64,000 bases of DNA from Raillietiella orientalis (taxonomy: Eukaryota): NCBI GenBank assembly GCA_036172245.1, contig JAYWIR010000005.1:2976001-3040000 (forward strand). Reading direction: 5' to 3'. A program made the translations under genes and the position numbers. Positions 57,521-64,000 of this stretch are shown here, piece after piece. Numbering within the stretch: position 1 is the first letter of the stretch; each line of letters starts with the position of its first letter. The notes beneath the pieces are model-generated. The model did not search any database. It saw nothing but the letters and a program-made list of their open reading frames with translations, and was not told the DNA's origin.

Positions 57521-60500
57521 CTGGAAAAGAGAAAACTGTTGAATCTCCATCGGTTCAGTGCAGGAGCGCCGAGGGTCAGTCCTGCTGCACGTCCCGCAAG
57601 CGGCAGACTGAAGTGTTCTTCGCCGTGCGGCTCACAGATCTGTTTCTGCCTCTCTAAGAGACCCCGGGCACCCCTGCTGTCCCAACCGAGGAAGGTTCGG
57701 CACGGCACGCAGATCCGACAGCGTCCCAGCGACACCTCGACCGACGGCTGCCGGAATCCCTGAGCGAGTAGGCGGCCCCTTCTGAGCGGTCCCAGGGGAT
57801 CGCACGAGGAGGGCGCGGGACTGCTCGCATACGGCACGAGCGCAGCCGCAGAGTTCTTCTCTCAGAGAGGAGGCTACTGCTGAGGGTCTCCAAGCGCCTC
57901 TACCTTGCCGCTCCTCGCCTCCGAACGGAAGACGGAGCTGGTCTGCGCGCGGACGCCGCGGAGCAGCCTCGTAGGTGCTCAGAGCGGCGAGTCGGCGGGG
58001 GACCCTGACTGAGGTCCCGGCCTTGTCCTCCAACGGTTTCGTGCGCATTCGGCCACCAGACCGGATCTGCCTCAGAGAGGAACAGGCAAGCGGTGCGGGA
58101 GTTGCGCGCAACTCGAGCCGCGCACGAGCCCACTCGAAGGCACAACCGGTTGGGGAACCTGGGTATCTCGATTCTCCGGAGCGCTGCGTGTGTGTGCAGG
58201 GAGGGAAGAGGGGGTAGGAGAGAGGATGCGCGGCGTATCCGCAGGAGTAGGTGATTTAGCGGATTCGCCCGGCCTCAGTGAAGGCTGGTGCCTAGCGTCA
58301 TATAGCAAGGAGACCGGCTGGATTTCTGCCCCTATCTTTCTCTTATATTTTTTTTCCCTCTCGGGGTGCCGGTGGTGGTGTGGTGAAGAACTTTGCAGTC
58401 GCTTCGTTCATTCCTGTTCATCCAGCCGCCCGTGCCCCACCCGCGTCCTAGCTACTCGTTGTTATTTTATTCTACTTCATTTCTTTTTTTTTCCTTTCCG
58501 CTCGTGCGCGTCACATCCGCGTGTTTCCGTTTGTACGCTTCGCGACGATCACGAGTTCTGCTCTCCGGGACGCCTCTAGGAGGAACGGTGGGGCCGATTG
58601 GTCTGCGTCTCCAGAATGGAACCAGCAGCAAAGGAGGATTGGTCACGACGAACCCGCGGTTCTCAGGAACGACCCACTGCTCCGGCCTGCTCTCCGTCGG
58701 GAATCGCCTTCCTTCCCCGTGGACTCGCTCGTGAACCAGGAGAGCGAACCTCCGCGCCAGCCTGCTCCGCTTCTCAGCGAAGAGACTTCCGTTCCGAAGC
58801 GCCCTCGGGAACCGCGCGTTTCCGGGTCAGCGCAGCTCTGCGTCCGGACTCAGGTTCGAGCCAGAGATCTCTCAGAGCGGCTCGAGGGTCGTAGTCAGTC
58901 CTCGGACCCTTGGGGATCGAGAAGCAGAGCCCGGGAGCGGGTGGCTACGTTCTACTTCCCCTCGTCACTCCGATGCGTCTTCCAACGCCGCGCGTGCGTG
59001 AAGAGGCAGCCCACGCATCTTCCGCTCAACGCGGAAGATGCGTGGGCAGCCAGTCATGTGAATCCAATTCTCGAGGATGCATGCGGGTGGCTGCTCAGCA
59101 CCGCGCAGAGCATGATGGATTGATTCTGTCCCGAGGACGCGCGTGTCACTCCCAAAAGCGCGGATCCGAACCTCCCCTCCCCCTCCATCTTGCCAAAGAC
59201 GTGCAGGAAGGCACACCCCCAGGAATTGGCCCTCCTTCCTGCATGCGGCTGCCGCTGCAAAACGGACGGGTGACTGGCAAAGAGAGCACACTGTTCACTT
59301 TTGTGTTACGGATCGTCTGGGGAGGAGGAACCTCCTCGTTGCCTGTTATTTATGAGTGATGCTGGTTTCAGCACCGTGCAGCATTGACTTGCTGTTGCGA
59401 ATGCAAGGCCTCGAGAAACAAAAGAAAATGCACAGAGCCGCGTTTGGGTGATTGGACCTCTTTTTCCTACTCAGGCGTGCGGTAGCCGAACCTCTGGGGA
59501 AGAGACTCTGAGGAGTCGGTTTCCTATTTCTCCTTCCAGAAGCGGAGAAAGACTTCTCAAGTGCGAATTCCTCTTACTGCTGCTGCTTTCCTGCTCCCCT
59601 CTGGAAAGTCTCTTCGAGATTTTCCAGCGCGCTATGACATCCGAAGAGCACAAACTTCTCAGGCATGCGTCATGCACCCACGCATGTAGCCGCTGGATAG
59701 AGCATTCCTGACCATGAGGATTAACAAAGCATAACGGCTGCATCCGAAAGGCTGTTCCCGTATCGGCGAGAGAGGATTCCTCGAAAGGAAAAGGGAAGGA
59801 AGAAGGAAAGCAGGCAAATGAAATGGAGAATATGGAACGGCTCAGGAAACCGCTCCATTTGGGTAATAAGCTCTTCTGAGCGTGCCGTGTGCATTAAACC
59901 CTCGACCAGTTCTTTCTTATGTAAATTCAAGTGGTGCCAACTCTGGTCGCAGCGAAGCTCTCTGACGGCACTTTGTTCGAAGGAAAGCAGAAAAAAATGT
60001 CGAACTCTTTTTGGAGGTCACGTGAACCGAGCAGGAAGAGCGAAACTTCAACAAGACTGAAGAGAAAATGGAAAAGAAAGCGAATTCTCCTCCCGAGGTC
60101 CAAGTGGGAGACGCGGTCAGCAGAGAATCTGCAAACCAGAACTGTCTCAATGCACGCACTTGCACTTGCTTTTGCTGCTCCTTATCTTCTTCCTGATGTA
60201 CGATGCTTCTTCCTGTGTCTCGATTTCACATGCACCCGTTTATGCCGTTTTCTCACAGGGTGGTTCGAAAGTCCTGCAGGTTAGGTTAGCAGAGCTTTGC
60301 TGCGCATCGACACCCGTTGAGTTTCATTCATCAGATGCCTGACATTCTTTCTCGTCGTTGCCCGGTACCAACAGGAATGCTATCAGGACACGTTTAAAGG
60401 GATCTGCTTTCAAATGTTCAAAGTGAAGAATTAGCCAGGGCCATGTCATCCAGTTCAAGTTTGGTGTAGCCAGTGCACCAAACGCAATGCAAAGCATGTC

Positions 60501-63500
60501 CAAGTATCCGTGGGAGCTCCATGATGCCATCATGACTGTGCTGTTTCGCTCGCTGCTCTAGCATGGAAGATTCTGGTGTCTTCGGAGAGAATAGAACAGC
60601 GTGAAAAGCGAACTTGGGAAACGATGCCAATTAGGCTGCAGCTGTGAACTGAGCGGTCAGAATGTGAAATGCGAGGGACACATCTGAGTGGGCACTCAGT
60701 TAGCCCAATGAATTTGCCTGCTGGGTATTATTTTGGAAATTTCTGGAACAAGAGCCTCTTTAGCATGACACAGAGTGCAACTGCACGCAGAACTTCTCAA
60801 AAAGTTATGATCTTTCGCTTCTTCTGTTCAGATCACAGATGCACTTCGTAGAGGGCGAGATGGTATTTTTGTGTACGGTCGAAGGTTTTCAGAAAGGTGC
60901 GAAAGAGGAAGGAGTATTTGTTCCTGTTTTCCAGGTAGCGAGTTCCTGCACTTCAGAGATTTGTTCCGATTCGCCTGCGTCAATGTCTTTCTTGCTCTTG
61001 AAGATAGACCTGCACCTCTTCGTTGCAACAGGATCTCAACGTTGTGCTTTCTGAATGGAATGGTAAGGCCAGCTATCATAGCATCTCCTTCACTCTGCTT
61101 TGTAAATCGCAACCCCCCTCCCCAGATGCGGAAACCACGAAGCCGAAAAGCATCTTTGGTGAGGCGTGAGGAGTCGCATGGGAACCTCACACCAGCCTTC
61201 GTCCCCTCCGTGTTTTTCCAGAGGAACAACCACCCCACTTTCTAAATAAGGATAGTAGAAAATCAATAAAAGGTGTGCCGAGACCGAGTCGAAAAAGAGG
61301 CACTCGAAAGAAGTCCGTGGACATACCGGGGAGCTGCGATTGCATGGTTTCTCCTAGCCCTTCTTCAGGTACTTGGAAGGGAACAGCAATCGTATTTCAA
61401 CCAGGTAAATCATGACACGAAAATGCATGGCTTTCTGACTCGTAGGAGAGCGATCGAGACCGAGGCTATTTTCCAGAGAAACCATAGTCCCCGACTATTC
61501 ATGTCATGCTATTCCTTGTGGGTTTCAGGATGTCGTGCATCAAGGATAACCGAATTCGCCCCTATCACGAAGTCAACAGCGGAGGGAAAAGTGCACAAGT
61601 AATCAAAACGCGACAAGGTTCCCAGCAAGTGGTCCCTGAAACGCACCTCTCAAGGGCGAAATTTCATCTCCCTTGAATTTTCATCCTCTTGGTTTCCGTT
61701 AAATCTTTTTTTGCTTTCATCAACATGAGGATGAGGGCAGCACGTTTTGGAACCGCCATTTTTGCCACTCAAGAGCACAGAAACCGACATGTAGCTGAAA
61801 GAGGAAGACCCGAGTGTCTTTGCTTGATAGGTCTACAGCGACTTCGCCACCGGATAGATCAAAGTTCGCAGCCTTGTGCATTCCGGTTGACGGGACTGTG
61901 ACGGATTACCAGCTCTCCGACGGCTCTGACAAATCGCTACACGGTCGAGCTGGATAAATAGCTCTCCAGAAGGTCCAGAGATGAGATTTTTTTTCAGAGA
62001 CAAACGGGAACCGGAGCACGCTCCTGTCTTATAGCTTCCATGTTGGGCCGAGGTCTCGAAAACACGGAAAGAGACCAATCAGATCATTGAAGCGTTCCGA
62101 ACTCGCGTGGTTCTTGCCTGACAAATGCAAAGAAGGCTGGCTGCTGCCACCTGCTGGCAGGCAAACTCACACCATTCGGATGACACATTTCGGGCATAGC
62201 GCTCCAGGGCGGAGAGGTCGGTTCCTTAGGAGGGGGCACGCACGCAAAACCTCCCTCACTGTGTTCTGCCATGCAGCCACCACAGATGTTTGAAAGAGCA
62301 CTTTGCCTCGACTGGACTTTGCAGGATTTAATGGTTTCGAGCACCTACTGTTCCGCCTGCGTTACGTGCAAAACGCGTCCAGAGATAAGCTGCAGGCATT
62401 TTCAAATCGTTCCTCCTCTACCCAAAGCATCGTCAAAGTGACCAATCAGGATCTGCTTTCTTCAGCATCCATGCTGAATTTCAATTTCATGGATTTCTAC
62501 GTAAACTCTCTTCGGGCTTCTTGAGAGCACGGAGGATGCAAATTCGGAACTCTTCCTCGAACCATAATCTCTACAGATTTTCTTAGATTCCGCAGATGAA
62601 GTAAACGACGACTTTTCATTGATAGGCAGAATGAAAGCTGGCATACAAATGACCACTTGGCCTCAGAGGACAATTTGGGGACTAGGGAACCCTCTTCTCT
62701 AAGCGTTGGCTCCTGGAAACTAGTATTCCTACGCGAAGACTCAGCTCTATGACATCCAAGTCCCTGCTTCGAGTTGAATTAGCTTGCTGCGCAAGAAGCA
62801 TCTACATGTAATTTAAAGAGTAGCCATTCTAAGTGCTTGTCAGTTCCGATTATGACTTCATCAGCATCCACACTCCCTGGCGCGCCTCCTCTCCCTTCAA
62901 CGCCTACAACTCTCCCTATACTCCAGCCTGAAATCTGTAAGGTAACTCTTGTGTAATTCCATCTTGCTTGTTTGGATCAGTATGGAGAATCTGATGAATA
63001 CTTCGGCAGCCACTGTAATTCGAGATCTTTCAGTGCATCATGAAAGTGGGTAGAGAAGTTCCCTGTGAGTGCCCTGCAGTTGCCACGGATAGCTTTCTTC
63101 CTTCTACTACCTCTCTGTCTAAAGAACTTGTGACCATTGCAATAGATTGTCATGATTTATTCTGGATCACTTTTGGAGAATCCCAAAGTACGAGACAAGC
63201 AATGAGCTTAGGATGGAGAACAGCAGCAATAAATGAGTGGAGCTGTCGGACCGTGTTGAGCTGCAAAGTTCGGAACAGTTGCTATAGACAGTCGATGAAG
63301 ATGGAGTAACGAAATGTTTTTAGAGGATAGATTTGCCAATCACTGGACTGAACCTCGAATTTTGCTGCTTAAATGGCTGCCTGCAGGCAAATCAAAATCT
63401 CTAAGGCAGCAGCAAACACTGAATGCACTATAGGAACTTGTTTCCCTTGTCAGCTCAACTTTCGTTTCCAAGGCACCAGAAAAAAAAAAAAGAATTGAGT

Positions 63501-64000
63501 TAAGTGAATGGAATGAAAAGAAAAAAGCAAAGCAATCCGTCTTCCTTGAAAAAATTAAAAGTAGAAAAGAAGAGTAAGTTCATCTGAGAGGACTAAGAGT
63601 GTAAGCAGTAAAATAAATGCATCGCTCCAAACGAGTTTCAAAAAGGGCAGTTGTGGAAGTGGTTGGACTAGTAGATGAATCAAATGATGCTGCAATCGAT
63701 ACTCTTTCAATTCAATGCCTTCCTTCCAACTAGCTTTTAAGGTAGAGCAATTTGCGCATTCCATGCCATCCTCTCGCATAAATCTCTCCAACACTGATTT
63801 ATAAATAAGAAAAAAAAAAAAAACATTCCTTTCAAGGTATGACATTTTGACTCGGTTTTAATAATTCTGGGCGCAAACGAGATTAAGATGAGCGTTTTTG
63901 TGAAAAGAGTGACAGTTAGTAGTAAAAAGCTACTTAGAAGGTTGGCTTCAGCAGCGTTCTCAGGTTCCAAGATGAAGTGTCCATAAACTTGCCTTCCTCG

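Noticed and set aside
60300..64000. Short ORFs at the right end of the window
   Set aside because: No consistent exon chain, domain or repeat structure recognised.

Overview
This is eukaryotic (invertebrate, probably arthropod) genomic DNA. About 44 kb (45454 down to about 1502) is occupied by one minus-strand, multi-exon muscle cytoskeletal gene of the zormin/sallimus-N-terminal and CCDC141 type. I traced it by hand through 31 phase-consistent exons (about 2,350 codons). Its domain order is: CCDC141-like N-terminus, spectrin-like helical repeats, a 42-aa tandem-exon coiled coil, a large exon carrying a 23-aa-periodic array of 15 TQT-like motifs, and six I-set Ig domains. The 3' end is unresolved and probably continues past base 1. 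The most interesting signal is the TQT array, which looks like a multivalent dynein light chain LC8 docking platform between the coiled coil and the Ig chain. Other observations are very short introns (35-62 nt, several with AAG acceptors), a perfect MEF2 consensus site upstream of exon 1, several near-perfect short-loop hairpins, a tRNA-like Pol III relic, an unidentified spliced minus-strand gene at about 52-58 kb, and weak candidates for nested intronic coding exons. I saw no prokaryotic systems, CRISPR arrays, rRNA or intact transposon ORFs. All homology calls are from pattern recognition only; no searches were run.
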